Assembly: GCA_020632095.1 (NCBI GenBank)
Contig: JACKGF010000001.1
Coordinates: forward strand, 669,366-733,365
Length of the DNA stretch: 64,000 nucleotides
DNA from: Candidatus Nomurabacteria bacterium
GTDB lineage: Bacteria > Patescibacteriota > Minisyncoccia > Phycocordibacterales > UBA918
Direction of reading: 5' to 3'
The notes under the pieces were generated by a model, which was not told the origin of the DNA, made no database searches, and saw only the letters and a list, made by a program, of their open reading frames with translations. Shown here piece after piece: positions 29,448-38,188 of the stretch. Positions within the stretch are counted from its first letter, which is position 1. Every line of letters begins with the position of its first letter. The position numbers and the translations under genes were made by a program.

Positions 29448-29519
29448 CAGTTTGCTTGTTTCGTGGACACAAAACACCGGCAAAGGCCGGTGTCTGTTTT
29501 GTGTCCACGACTGGAGTTG
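29448..29519. repeat. 72-nt direct repeat (copy 2), overlapping the genuine 3' end of tRNA-Leu
   Basis: Exact duplicate of 29257-29328. Confidence 0.85.
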
Positions 29520-29585
29520 AACCAGCATGAGGAAACCCTCACTACCCCCTCAAGGTAGCGCGTCTACCAATTTCGCCACGTGGAC
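29502..29585 (-). tRNA. tRNA-Leu (anticodon GAG), type II with long variable arm; CCA not encoded
   Basis: Hand fold of the reverse complement: acceptor GTCCACG/CGTGGAC, D-arm GCG-AAATTGGTAGA-CGC, anticodon stem CTACC/GGTAG with loop TTGAGGG, variable stem GAGG-GTTT-CCTC, T-arm GCTGG-TTCAACT-CCAGT, discriminator A. Confidence 0.85.
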
Positions 29586-29706
29586 ATAATTTGAGGTCGG
29601 GTCATTATGCCTGATGTTACTTGGTAATTCAAGAGACGACAATACTTTAGCAATGTAAAAGGCCGTCGCATAGCGTCGGCCTTTTACTAATTATTGAGAA
29701 TAATTA

Positions 29707-30294
29707 TTAGTCTTTCTTCTCCTCTGCCACTTCTTCAGTTACTTCAGGAGTTTCGGCTACCACTTCTGCTTCTGCTTCAGGATTTTCCATAACTTCCTTT
29801 ACAGCTGCAACCGCCTCAACTACATCGACAACTTCGGCTTCTGTAACTTTTATCGCTTCTTCTTCAGCCACCTTTGCTGCTGCCGCTTCTCGGGCTGACA
29901 CTTCAGCTCCTGATTCAGTAGACATAGATACTAGACTCATTCGACGCATTTGACGCTTAATCTCTCGATTAACCTTTTCACGAATGTGATAAAGCTTTGC
30001 GCGACGAACCTTCGCTCGCTTCACAATTTCTAACTTATCGATTAGTGGTGAGTATAGTGGATAAATCTTTTCCACTCCTACGCCACTAGCAACTTTACGA
30101 ACTGTAAAAGTAGCTCCCGGTTCATTACCGTGCTTACGAGCTAAGACTAATCCTTCAAAAATCTGGATACGAGTCTTGCCCTTATCCTGAATTATCTGGT
30201 GGACGCGCACAGTATCACCTGACCTAAGGCCAAGCGCTTTGCGTTCCTCCATGTTTACTGGGGAAATGTTTACCCCTGCTAATGCTGCTTTCAT
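29707..30294 (-). CDS. rplS: 50S ribosomal protein L19 with a C-terminal Ala/Glu/Val-rich acidic extension of about 75 aa
   Basis: Core GDTVRVHQIIQDKGKTRIQIFEGLVLARKHG..FTVRKVASGVGVEKIYPLYSPLIDKLEIV matches L19; tail EAEVVDVVEAVAAVKEVMENPEAEAEVVAETPEVTEEVAEEKKD. Confidence 0.85.
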   Translation of the reverse strand: MKAALAGVNISPVNMEERKALGLRSGDTVRVHQIIQDKGKTRIQIFEGLVLARKHGNEPGATFTVRKVASGVGVEKIYPLYSPLIDKLEIVKRAKVRRAKLYHIREKVNREIKRQMRRMSLVSMSTESGAEVSAREAAAAKVAEEEAIKVTEAEVVDVVEAVAAVKEVMENPEAEAEVVAETPEVTEEVAEEKKD

Positions 30295-30358
30295 AATATT
30301 TGTTGAATAATTAAACGAATGAGCCGTTTAAACGTGCCACAATCTACCACAAAGCGCC

Positions 30359-31174
30359 TTATTCTGCAATGCGTTCGGCCGCTTCTTCAAACTCTTGCGG
30401 AATCGGTGCAATAAATCTCTCCTCAGCCCCAGACGGGAGAGTCAATTCTAAGATGTGAGCATGGAGAGCTAAACGTTTTATTTCGAGATTATTTGAGTTT
30501 TCAAGTTTATAATCCCCATACAGTGTATCCCCTACAATAGGCCTATCTACAGCCCTTAAATGAGCTCTTAGTTGGTGTGTACGCCCGGTTTTAGGCACAA
30601 GCTTCAGATAAGAAAAAGGTTCATCTAAATACTCGCCCATCCCAATCCGTTCAAATTCTGTAATTGCTTCTCGCAACACGCCCTTGGCTCCCCGCTCAGC
30701 TGACCGTCGCCTGTGATCCTTTCCATTTCTACCAATCGGACGATTGATAGTTCCCCATCGATCATTCATTCTGCCGTAAACCAAAGCCCGATATTCTTTA
30801 TAGACGGATCTATCTTTAAATAATTCCTTTAAATACTGATGAGCCTCTTGATGTTTAGCCAAGATCAAAACTCCAGATGTTTCTCGGTCCAGTCGGTGAA
30901 CCACTCCAGACCGGTTCAACTCATCACCCTTAGGTGAGTAACCTTGCTCCCCGACGTCGCGTGCTTCCGGCACGCGACCAACAAACCAATCCACCACCGT
31001 CGGCGCATTTTTATTAAAGCCATCCTCATGCACCAACCAACCGTAAGGCTTGTTAATAACCAGCACGTCAGCATCCTCAAAGAGGACAATCGGTTCACTC
31101 TTAGACGCCTCCTCCACATTCTCGATTTCCATATTCATGAGTATGTCCTCAAAAACAGTTTTGGTCAAAGCCAA
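30359..31174 (-). CDS. RluA-family pseudouridine synthase
   Basis: Catalytic motif HRLDRETSGVLILAK; LVINKPYGWLVH. Confidence 0.8.
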   Translation of the reverse strand: MALTKTVFEDILMNMEIENVEEASKSEPIVLFEDADVLVINKPYGWLVHEDGFNKNAPTVVDWFVGRVPEARDVGEQGYSPKGDELNRSGVVHRLDRETSGVLILAKHQEAHQYLKELFKDRSVYKEYRALVYGRMNDRWGTINRPIGRNGKDHRRRSAERGAKGVLREAITEFERIGMGEYLDEPFSYLKLVPKTGRTHQLRAHLRAVDRPIVGDTLYGDYKLENSNNLEIKRLALHAHILELTLPSGAEERFIAPIPQEFEEAAERIAE

Positions 31175-31207
31175 ACAGGGCCTATCTGTTGAATAAAGCT
31201 CACTTTA

Positions 31208-31480
31208 TTAATGAATGATTGAAAACTCATCAAACGACTTGCTCGGACTACGCCAATCTACCGCCACACTAGCGACCCTTGACAACGAAGACCCTTCATT
31301 TAAATATTCCACAAAAGCCTTCAACTCGTCTGGAAAACCTTGAGCTACTACTACGACCGAACCATCTGACTGATTCTTCACATAGCCAACCAATTTTAAT
31401 TCGGTCGCCGAATCCTGAGCATAAGTCCGATACCTTACCCCCTGAACTTCGCCAGTAACTACACAATAGATTTCTGTCAT
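31208..31480 (-). CDS. acyP: Acylphosphatase
   Basis: 90 aa; VTGEVQGVRYRTYA and GYVKNQSDGSVVVVAQG match acylphosphatase signatures. Confidence 0.75.
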   Translation of the reverse strand: MTEIYCVVTGEVQGVRYRTYAQDSATELKLVGYVKNQSDGSVVVVAQGFPDELKAFVEYLNEGSSLSRVASVAVDWRSPSKSFDEFSIIH

Positions 31481-31610
31481 AGCGAACAGTATACCCCGCA
31501 GGAATAAATTGGCACAATATTGTCAAAATCCTAAAAACTTCATGGATTTTAACTTCACGAGAAGTTAAAAAACCCGAACGAGTCAAAGGTATCAGTAAAG
31601 AAAAAAGTCT

Positions 31611-34600
31611 TTGCCATTTAGATTAAAATGTACTACATTTACGCATATTATGGAGCATAAGAAGTACGCACAAGTACTCAAAAATTCTCTAAAGAAGACA
31701 GTGGGACCGAAAATATACATCCGTGGTGACGGGTATTACGACCATGGGAGAATTGATAATTTTGATATCACGGTAGCACACAGTGATAGTACAGTAACAA
31801 TCGAAGGAAAAGTAAGAGGTACCCGTAATTACAAAACATCGGGAGTATATGATTCACACAAAACGACATTCACTAATCTGAACTGCAGTTGTCCATATAG
31901 GTACAATTGTAAACATGCCACGGCACTGGCGTTGAAGTTTATTGAAGAGTGTGAATACATCTGGGGTGATTTTGCCGATAACCATGACCCGTCTGACGCG
32001 TCGCGCCAGAGGCACGACGTATCAGGTGCGAAAGATTTTAATGAACTATCCAAAAGACTTAACTTTTTAGGAATTGATACTTCCAACCTATCGAAGGATA
32101 TCTTGGAACAATTACAAGAGGCCGTAATAAAAACTAATCCCCTTCAACCACTTTTTTCTGATCTTGCAGACATGCAAGATCACACACATTTGAAACAGGC
32201 CACACAATCAATAAACTATACAGCAACTAAAGTGGGGTCCGAGCAAAAACCATTTTCTGAACGTTATTTTGTAAACATAACTGCACATTACACTAGTGTA
32301 AGTATACAATTTTCTCAATTTAGTAATAATTACTATTACAACAACAGTAGTATTCCAGAACTTGATAAACTGTTACGTGAAGAAAATCTCACCAAACAAG
32401 AACAGGTGCTCATTGAATACGTAAAACACACCCACGCCTTCATGTATTCAAGTAATACGACAGATTATGGTGAATTGTTTAAACTAATAAGGGATTCGGG
32501 GCTTATCGTGCGTGAAGCAGGTCAATATGGTAAAGCCATGTCAGATTTTCATTTTGCAGAAGAACCGAAGAAGTTGCCAGCACGACTGTATGATGCGTCT
32601 GAAAATGTTGAAGGCTGCATTCCTGAATTTATTTTTGAACTCGATCCAAAGTATAGCTACAGCGCATCCATGTCATTGCTTGTAGGTAAAAATAATCTCG
32701 TTGTTATTGATAAGGATAAAATCTACATACATAAAATACCTAGAAAGATACTACAACTTATCAGTCGTGCTACTGAAAACCAACACACTTCCTACGGATA
32801 TAAAGTAAGTGAAGATAGCCCGCATACAACATTAACTCATAGCGAGGTAATACACATCAACTCGCTTATAACGAGTATGCATAAATACTTAGATTACACT
32901 GGTACTTTAGAAGCCAACTTCACAGTAACAGAAAAAGCCAAAGCCAAAGCAGTGATTGTGGCCGACTATGATTACGGATCACCAAAACTAATCGTTTCAC
33001 CATCAATTGACTACGGTCTGAAAAACATACCAATTGGTCAATTGCTTATGTACCGTGCTTCGAGCTATGGTAGCGGTATCAAGCGTAAGAAGGTACCTGG
33101 ACTAAGTAGTACCATGTTGCTTTGGCGTGAAGGTAGCTCCATTTGGTATGTCAGAAGAAATAAAACTATGGAAATTAAACTCTTCATTGACATAAATGAG
33201 AATCATGCCGCTCTGGGATTCAATCAAAAAATGAGTGTTTATTTAGCGAGTAATAAAACAATCAATGAGTTCATCATCTCCTTTTGGCCAAAAATCGAAG
33301 CCCTTGGATACGACATCATTTTTCCAAATGACGACTTCACAGTCGCGCCAGAAACTTTTACCGCAAATGCAGATATTAATCTTGATACCGAAAATGATTG
33401 GCTTACTTTTGATGTAGAGACATACTGTGGCGATGGTAAGGTCGATCTACAAACTTTGCGCAATTACATCAGTGGTAAAAGTGAGTTTTTTAAAGATATT
33501 GATGGAAACCTGCGTAAGGTTGAGAATAAGGATGATTTGGAACGCTTCATACTGATGCTGGAGAGTTTTTATGAACGCGAAAACGGACTCTTTGAAGGAC
33601 GAACATACAATGCCTGCGAACTTGAAAGCGTATTCACCGAATCTGATTACTATACCGCAAAGTTCAATTCTGGTTTCAAAAAATTTACCCAAGAAGCTAA
33701 ACGAGGTAGACCAGTGAAGAAAGTACGCCTGCCCAAGCACTTTGAGGAAATCATGCGCGCCTATCAAAAAGAGGGTATCGACTGGGCTCATTTTTTACAA
33801 AAGTATCATTTCGGTGGTGTGTTAGCTGATGACATGGGACTAGGAAAAACCCTACAGACCCTAGCCCTCATTTCAATGTCCACAAAAAAGAAGAACAACC
33901 GACCCTCTCTAGTGGTGGCACCAAAGTCCTTATTATATAACTGGATGGATGAAGTTACAAAATTTGCTCCACATCTGAAGGCGGCCACCCTTGATGACCT
34001 GCCCTCAGAACGCAAAAAAATTCTTAAAAACGCAGCCAAATATGATGTACTTATTACCTCATACCCTATCTTACAAAAAGATTTTTCTGAATATGAGAGA
34101 CTCAATTTAAAATTCAATTATTGCATCTTGGACGAGGCCCAATCGATTAAAAATCACCAGACCAAAAACGCGCAGGTTGTAAAAAAAGTGAATGCTTCTT
34201 ACCGTCTAGCTCTAACTGGTACACCGCTTGAAAATACTGTTGCAGAAATATGGTCGATATTTGAATTTTTAATGCCGGGTTTTCTGGGTAAAAATTCCAC
34301 GTTTGTAAAACAGTACCAAAACCCAATAATGAATAAAAATAGTACCGCTGCTATCACTCATCTACGTAGAAAAATTTCCCCGTTTATGTTACGTCGAACA
34401 AAAAGTGCTGTGTTGAAGGAATTACCCTCAAAGATAGAGCAAGTAAGTCACGTTGAATTAACAGACGCCCAAAATGTCCTCTATCAAGAAGTGCTAGCGA
34501 ATATCAAACAAGAAGTGTTTGATATCGTAAAAGAGAAAGGATTTAAAAATGCCCACATTCACATTCTTGCCGGATTAACTAAACTTAGACAGGTGTGCAA

Positions 34601-35153
34601 CCATCCGTTTTTATTGCTGAAAAAAGGAGACTATCGTGAGTATGAGTCGGCAAAAATGGAATTGTGTCTGGAGCTCGTGCGAGAAATTTCCTCAGCAGAC
34701 AGGAAAGTACTTGTATTTAGTCAATTTACATCAATGCTCGACATCTTAGCCTGTGAACTGGATGGCCAACAAGTGAGATATTCTTACCTTTCAGGAAAGA
34801 CCCGTAAGAGGCAAGATGTCATAAAAGCATTTACTGAGGACCCTAAAATATCAGTGTTCCTGATTAGCTTAAAAGCCGGAGGTACCGGACTGAATCTAAC
34901 AGCCGCTGATAACGTAATTATATTTGATCCATGGTGGAACCCAAGTGTGGAACGACAAGCTATGGATCGAGCACACAGGATTGGTCAAAAAAATTCCGTG
35001 AATGTGTATAGGCTTATCACCAAAGGAACTATCGAGGATAAAATTGTAGCCCTCCAACAACGCAAAAAAGCGCTGTTTGACAGTCTCGTCAGTGAAAGCG
35101 CTGACCTATTCAAAAAACTCACTTGGGAAGAAGTGCAAGGGCTATTTGAATAA
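31611..35153 (+). CDS. SNF2-family helicase (RapA/HepA-like) with N-terminal SWIM zinc finger
   Basis: SWIM CSCPYRYNCKHATALAL; helicase motifs I LADDMGLGKTLQTLAL, II ILDEAQSIKN, III LTGTPLEN; C-terminal helicase domain (VLVFSQF.., DPWWNPSVERQAMDRAHRIGQ). Confidence 0.85.
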   Translation: MPFRLKCTTFTHIMEHKKYAQVLKNSLKKTVGPKIYIRGDGYYDHGRIDNFDITVAHSDSTVTIEGKVRGTRNYKTSGVYDSHKTTFTNLNCSCPYRYNCKHATALALKFIEECEYIWGDFADNHDPSDASRQRHDVSGAKDFNELSKRLNFLGIDTSNLSKDILEQLQEAVIKTNPLQPLFSDLADMQDHTHLKQATQSINYTATKVGSEQKPFSERYFVNITAHYTSVSIQFSQFSNNYYYNNSSIPELDKLLREENLTKQEQVLIEYVKHTHAFMYSSNTTDYGELFKLIRDSGLIVREAGQYGKAMSDFHFAEEPKKLPARLYDASENVEGCIPEFIFELDPKYSYSASMSLLVGKNNLVVIDKDKIYIHKIPRKILQLISRATENQHTSYGYKVSEDSPHTTLTHSEVIHINSLITSMHKYLDYTGTLEANFTVTEKAKAKAVIVADYDYGSPKLIVSPSIDYGLKNIPIGQLLMYRASSYGSGIKRKKVPGLSSTMLLWREGSSIWYVRRNKTMEIKLFIDINENHAALGFNQKMSVYLASNKTINEFIISFWPKIEALGYDIIFPNDDFTVAPETFTANADINLDTENDWLTFDVETYCGDGKVDLQTLRNYISGKSEFFKDIDGNLRKVENKDDLERFILMLESFYERENGLFEGRTYNACELESVFTESDYYTAKFNSGFKKFTQEAKRGRPVKKVRLPKHFEEIMRAYQKEGIDWAHFLQKYHFGGVLADDMGLGKTLQTLALISMSTKKKNNRPSLVVAPKSLLYNWMDEVTKFAPHLKAATLDDLPSERKKILKNAAKYDVLITSYPILQKDFSEYERLNLKFNYCILDEAQSIKNHQTKNAQVVKKVNASYRLALTGTPLENTVAEIWSIFEFLMPGFLGKNSTFVKQYQNPIMNKNSTAAITHLRRKISPFMLRRTKSAVLKELPSKIEQVSHVELTDAQNVLYQEVLANIKQEVFDIVKEKGFKNAHIHILAGLTKLRQVCNHPFLLLKKGDYREYESAKMELCLELVREISSADRKVLVFSQFTSMLDILACELDGQQVRYSYLSGKTRKRQDVIKAFTEDPKISVFLISLKAGGTGLNLTAADNVIIFDPWWNPSVERQAMDRAHRIGQKNSVNVYRLITKGTIEDKIVALQQRKKALFDSLVSESADLFKKLTWEEVQGLFE

Positions 35154-35311
35154 GTTTAGAAGAAGCTCATGAGTATCGTATACTCACATAGTAACCAATA
35201 CTGAATTAGAGACGACCGAGGCAAAGGGGCCATTTCAGGGACCCACCGCTTGTATTTTTCTGAAAAATTAGTACGATAGTGCTTACGTTCAAATAACGTC
35301 AAAATATTTCC

Positions 35312-35384
35312 GCGCGATTAGCTCAGTTGGTAGAGCAGCTCGTTTACACCGAGAAGGTCAGGAGTTCAAGTCTCTTATCGCGCA
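35312..35384 (+). tRNA. tRNA-Val (anticodon TAC)
   Basis: Acceptor GCGCGAT/ATCGCGC, D-arm GCTC-AGTTGGTA-GAGC, anticodon loop TTTACAC, T-arm AGGAG-TTCAAGT-CTCTT, discriminator A. Confidence 0.9.
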
Positions 35385-35391
35385 CACAGGT

Positions 35392-35444
35392 AAAACAAAG
35401 ACGCAATTCTTTTTTAGAATTGCGTCTTTGTTTTAGAAACTGAA
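35392..35444 (+). terminator. Strong hairpin directly downstream of tRNA-Val (candidate intrinsic terminator)
   Basis: AAAACAAAGACGCAATTCT-TTTT-AGAATTGCGTCTTTGTTTT, perfect 19-bp stem flanked by A/T runs. Confidence 0.6.
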
Positions 35445-35502
35445 CTGCTTCAGTTTCGTGCCTGTGTGCGAGGCGGAGACATATTTTCCTCCCCTTTCCT
35501 AG

Positions 35503-35577
35503 GGAGGGAAATAGTCGAGCCGGGGTAGCGAACACTTAGTAGAATTGGAACGTAGTGAACAATTATACTTAGTGATT
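35503..35577 (+). repeat. Approximately 72-nt core element shared (about 85% identity, inverted) with 29329-29400 next to tRNA-Leu
   Basis: gtcgagccggggtagcgaacacttagtagaattggaacgtagtgaacaattatacttagtgattcgtgacc aligns with the reverse complement of gtcacaagttactaagtataattgttcacttcgttccaattctactaagtactttcgaccccgcctcgac. Confidence 0.8.
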
Positions 35578-35683
35578 CGTGACCACTAAAATCCCCAACC
35601 CACATGCAAACTGCTTTGCTTCCGGAGAGACTTGAAAAGAGCGAATTTATCGCACGGAGCGGAGCGAGTATGATTTGAGCGCC

Positions 35684-35748
35684 GGGTGAGAAAGTCTGGG
35701 AGACTTTTGCAAGAGGTTGCCCGCTCGCAAGAGCGACAACCTGAACAG
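35684..35748 (+). repeat. Copy B of the structured-RNA-like motif family
   Basis: GGGTGAGAAAGTCTGGGAGACTTTTGCAAGAGGTTGCCCGCTCGCAAGAGCGACAACCTGAACAG; inner stem AAAGTC/GACTTT; hairpin GGTTG-CCGCTC-GCAA-GAGCG-CAACC. Confidence 0.55.
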
Positions 35749-35820
35749 AATTCGTAGAATTCGAGTAGTACAATATTTTGGAGTTCGGAGAACGAACAAA
35801 ATATTGATACGAAGGTGACC

Positions 35821-35834
35821 AAGTCTCTTATCGC
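35821..35834 (+). repeat. Duplicated tRNA-Val 3'-end fragment (aagtctcttatcgc), about 440 bp downstream of the tRNA
   Basis: gaaggtgaccAAGTCTCTTATCGCagacag matches tRNA-Val 35357-35383 (gaaggtcaggagttcAAGTCTCTTATCGCgcaca). Confidence 0.6.
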
Positions 35835-35906
35835 AGACAGACACTTTACAATACAATATATTCGTTATACTGTTCGACTAGCTGAAAGTTCACTTGGAGA
35901 TTTACC

Positions 35907-36467
35907 ATGCTTACTATTTATGTAAGTCCTCACAGTCACCAGCTTACTACCGCTGATGGTCAGGTTATGACCGTCAGAGGAGTGTTTGTGAGTAAGGAAG
36001 GTGGCTTAGTAAGTTTGAGAGACTTTGAATCACCATCTGATTTGGAAGATGTGCAAATTATACTGGTGCAGGGACGGTTGAAGCATAAAATCCTTCGGCT
36101 CCCCATGGACCTCAAACAGGCTATAATTCGTTTTTTGTGTGAATATCACGCAAGGATAAACATAGAGTTTGATTGCTACGCATTTGCAAATATGGTCAAA
36201 GGAGTAGAAATTCACAAAGTTCATGACATGGTTGCTTTCTGGAAGACATCTCATAAACCAAGGAGAATGCCTCTCGGCTCAATTGTTTTCTTACTTAGTG
36301 GAGATAACGCGTTTCATCATGCTGCTATCTATATCAGTTCTAGTCTATACATTTCAGTGTATGGGGCTGGTGGCGACTTTGAAGTAGCGACCCTGAAAGC
36401 AATGAAGCGAGACTACCACGCAAGTGAGGTCGTTGTTGCACATCCACGAGAAATACCATTATGGTAA
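35907..36467 (+). CDS. Hypothetical protein (first gene of the array)
   Basis: Intact 186-aa ORF. Confidence 0.4.
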   Translation: MLTIYVSPHSHQLTTADGQVMTVRGVFVSKEGGLVSLRDFESPSDLEDVQIILVQGRLKHKILRLPMDLKQAIIRFLCEYHARINIEFDCYAFANMVKGVEIHKVHDMVAFWKTSHKPRRMPLGSIVFLLSGDNAFHHAAIYISSSLYISVYGAGGDFEVATLKAMKRDYHASEVVVAHPREIPLW

Positions 36468-36592
36468 ATCTTTTTAGGAACTAAATCCGGGAAGAGACTT
36501 TAGGAATAACCACCCCACGACACAAAGGCACCCCGCTTTCTGTGACGATGGGGTGTCTTTTAATATGCAGGGCTCTTCTCTTATAAAACCAT

Positions 36593-36617
36593 TCTAACAT
36601 CGTCCCACAAGGTGCAA
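36593..36617 (+). repeat. Inter-unit conserved motif, site 1
   Basis: ttctaacatcgtcccacaaggtgca; embedded in a ~110-nt element about 80% identical to site 5. Confidence 0.7.
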
Positions 36618-36654
36618 GTAAGAACCCAGCTCCTTAACTAGCACTTTTTTTCGT

Positions 36655-36948
36655 TCAAGTCTCTAGCTGTTTTTTTCTACTCACAATCATGTATGTGCCA
36701 AACCAAGAACCGATTGCAATTGGAATAATGTATAGATAATTCTGAACATAACTCAACACTCCAAGCGCCAATAAAAAGTGCATCAGCGCTCCAGTATTTG
36801 CAGCCTATAAAGCATTAAGCTCGGTTACAGCGAGAGTGTAATGTGCGTACATGGCATCAACTATTAAGTAAGCAATAAAGACACCGGACGCAATTAAAAA
36901 ATTGAAGGTTTCAATTGATTGGTAAAAGCTTTCGATAGAAAATTCCAT
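36655..36948 (-). pseudogene. Small two-TM membrane protein ORF with a single in-frame TAG (codon 48)
   Basis: MEFSIESFYQSIETFNFLIASGVFIAYLIVDAMYAHYTLAVTELNAL*AANTGALMHFLLALGVLSYVQNYLYIIPIAIGSWFGTYMIVSRKKQLET; 98 codons open apart from the TAG at 36805-36807. Confidence 0.35.
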
Positions 36949-36977
36949 GCCAAAATTATACCTTTTCTTTTAAAACC

Positions 36978-37002
36978 GTTCTAACGTCGTCCCACATGCT
37001 GC
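36978..37002 (+). repeat. Inter-unit conserved motif, site 2
   Basis: ttctaacgtcgtcccacatgctgca. Confidence 0.7.
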
Positions 37003-37064
37003 ACAATTCATTTTAGCTTTATTACAAAGGAAAATTTATTTGATTCCTTGGTACAATCATACGT

Positions 37065-37589
37065 ATGCAAATGATTGTTATTGGTCCTATGGGTAGCGGC
37101 AAAAGCACGCTAACAAGAAAGATTTCTCAGAAATTTAATATTCCAAGACTTGAATTGGATCGACTGTGGTTTGATGCTGGTGGTCATGATTGCTTAATGA
37201 ATGGTTGCACAAAAGAAGAGAAGCAGTTGGTTAAGGAAGAAATAAGCAAAAAGATTTCAGATTTTCTATCATCGAACAATCAATGGATCATAGATGGTAC
37301 TCATTCTACAATTCGACCATTACTGGCCGAAAAAGCTGATACAGTAGTCCTGATTCAAAGGCCGATACTGAATCGACTTTTTAGTCATGTAGTTAGGGTA
37401 ATCAAAGGTAAGGACCGACACCCTGAGACAGGCTTTTGGCAGGACCTTAAACATACCCTAACTATTTTTGATAGGTGGTTGCATAGTGGACATAAGAATC
37501 AGACTGATGCTGTAATGCCTTACAGAAACAAATTGGTTACTCTAAGAAGTTTTGAAGAGATTGATAGTTATTTTAATTCGCTTGTATAA
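37065..37589 (+). CDS. P-loop NTPase / adenylate-kinase-like (AAA, topology-modulation-protein-like) small kinase
   Basis: Walker A IGPMGSGKSTL; size and pattern like shikimate/adenylate kinase-like proteins. Confidence 0.5.
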   Translation: MQMIVIGPMGSGKSTLTRKISQKFNIPRLELDRLWFDAGGHDCLMNGCTKEEKQLVKEEISKKISDFLSSNNQWIIDGTHSTIRPLLAEKADTVVLIQRPILNRLFSHVVRVIKGKDRHPETGFWQDLKHTLTIFDRWLHSGHKNQTDAVMPYRNKLVTLRSFEEIDSYFNSLV

Positions 37590-37593
37590 AAAG

Positions 37594-37618
37594 TTCTAAC
37601 GTCGTCCCACAGGGTGAA
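37594..37618 (+). repeat. Inter-unit conserved motif, site 3
   Basis: ttctaacgtcgtcccacagggtgaa; followed by a bidirectional terminator hairpin (37621-37655). Confidence 0.7.
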
Positions 37619-37654
37619 CTCTAAAACTAAACCGCCAAATTGGGCGGTTTAGTT

Positions 37655-38065
37655 TTAATTACTCTCAACGTACTTTTTAAAATTATCTAGATAAGCCTGC
37701 CACCCCGCACGCTGCATTTCGACAGGGTTTTCAGATTCTGGTTCAAAGCTTTGACTAATGTGTACTCCTGCTGGTGACTCTTCAAATTCCACGTTTACAC
37801 CCCTGCCGTCATCCAACTTATACTTTAATAATCGGTTTTCAGTTACTTCTGTATAAGTACCATTGAAGTTAAATTCGACACTTCCATCTTTGGCGAACAT
37901 TCGACTTGAAAACGATCCCCCTTTTTGTATGTCATTAACAATTCCTTCAGCACCCCAATCATCTGATGCAAATGCCCACCCAGCCATATGCTCAATACCA
38001 GTCCAGAAATCCCATACTTTTTGAAGCGGCGCTTGAATGGTTGTTTCAATAATTATTTTTTCCAT
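37655..38065 (-). CDS. SRPBCC-superfamily protein (Aha1/activator-of-Hsp90-ATPase-like)
   Basis: MEKIIIETTIQAPLQKVWDFWTGIEHMAGWAF resembles the Aha1/SRPBCC N-terminus; start taken at internal M. Confidence 0.55.
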   Translation of the reverse strand: MEKIIIETTIQAPLQKVWDFWTGIEHMAGWAFASDDWGAEGIVNDIQKGGSFSSRMFAKDGSVEFNFNGTYTEVTENRLLKYKLDDGRGVNVEFEESPAGVHISQSFEPESENPVEMQRAGWQAYLDNFKKYVESN

Positions 38066-38095
38066 ATGTTTATGGTACATCATTAAAGAGAAAAA

Positions 38096-38120
38096 TTCTA
38101 AAGTCGTCCCACAAGTTAAA
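38096..38120 (+). repeat. Inter-unit conserved motif, site 4
   Basis: ttctaaagtcgtcccacaagttaaa. Confidence 0.7.
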
Positions 38121-38188
38121 CACTGAAAATAAGCCTGTTTTTCAAGGTTTTTGCATACGTAAGTAAAAAAGTAGATACTTTAGAACTT

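Noticed and set aside
35684-35748. Possible RNase P RNA because of GAGAAAGTCTGGGAG resembling the P4 5' strand GGAAAGUCCGGGC
   Set aside because: Three copies per 64 kb, only about 65 nt conserved, no matching 3' P4 strand (ACAGAA.CCGGCUUA), and GUCUGGGAG deviates at invariant positions. More consistent with a repeated small structured element.
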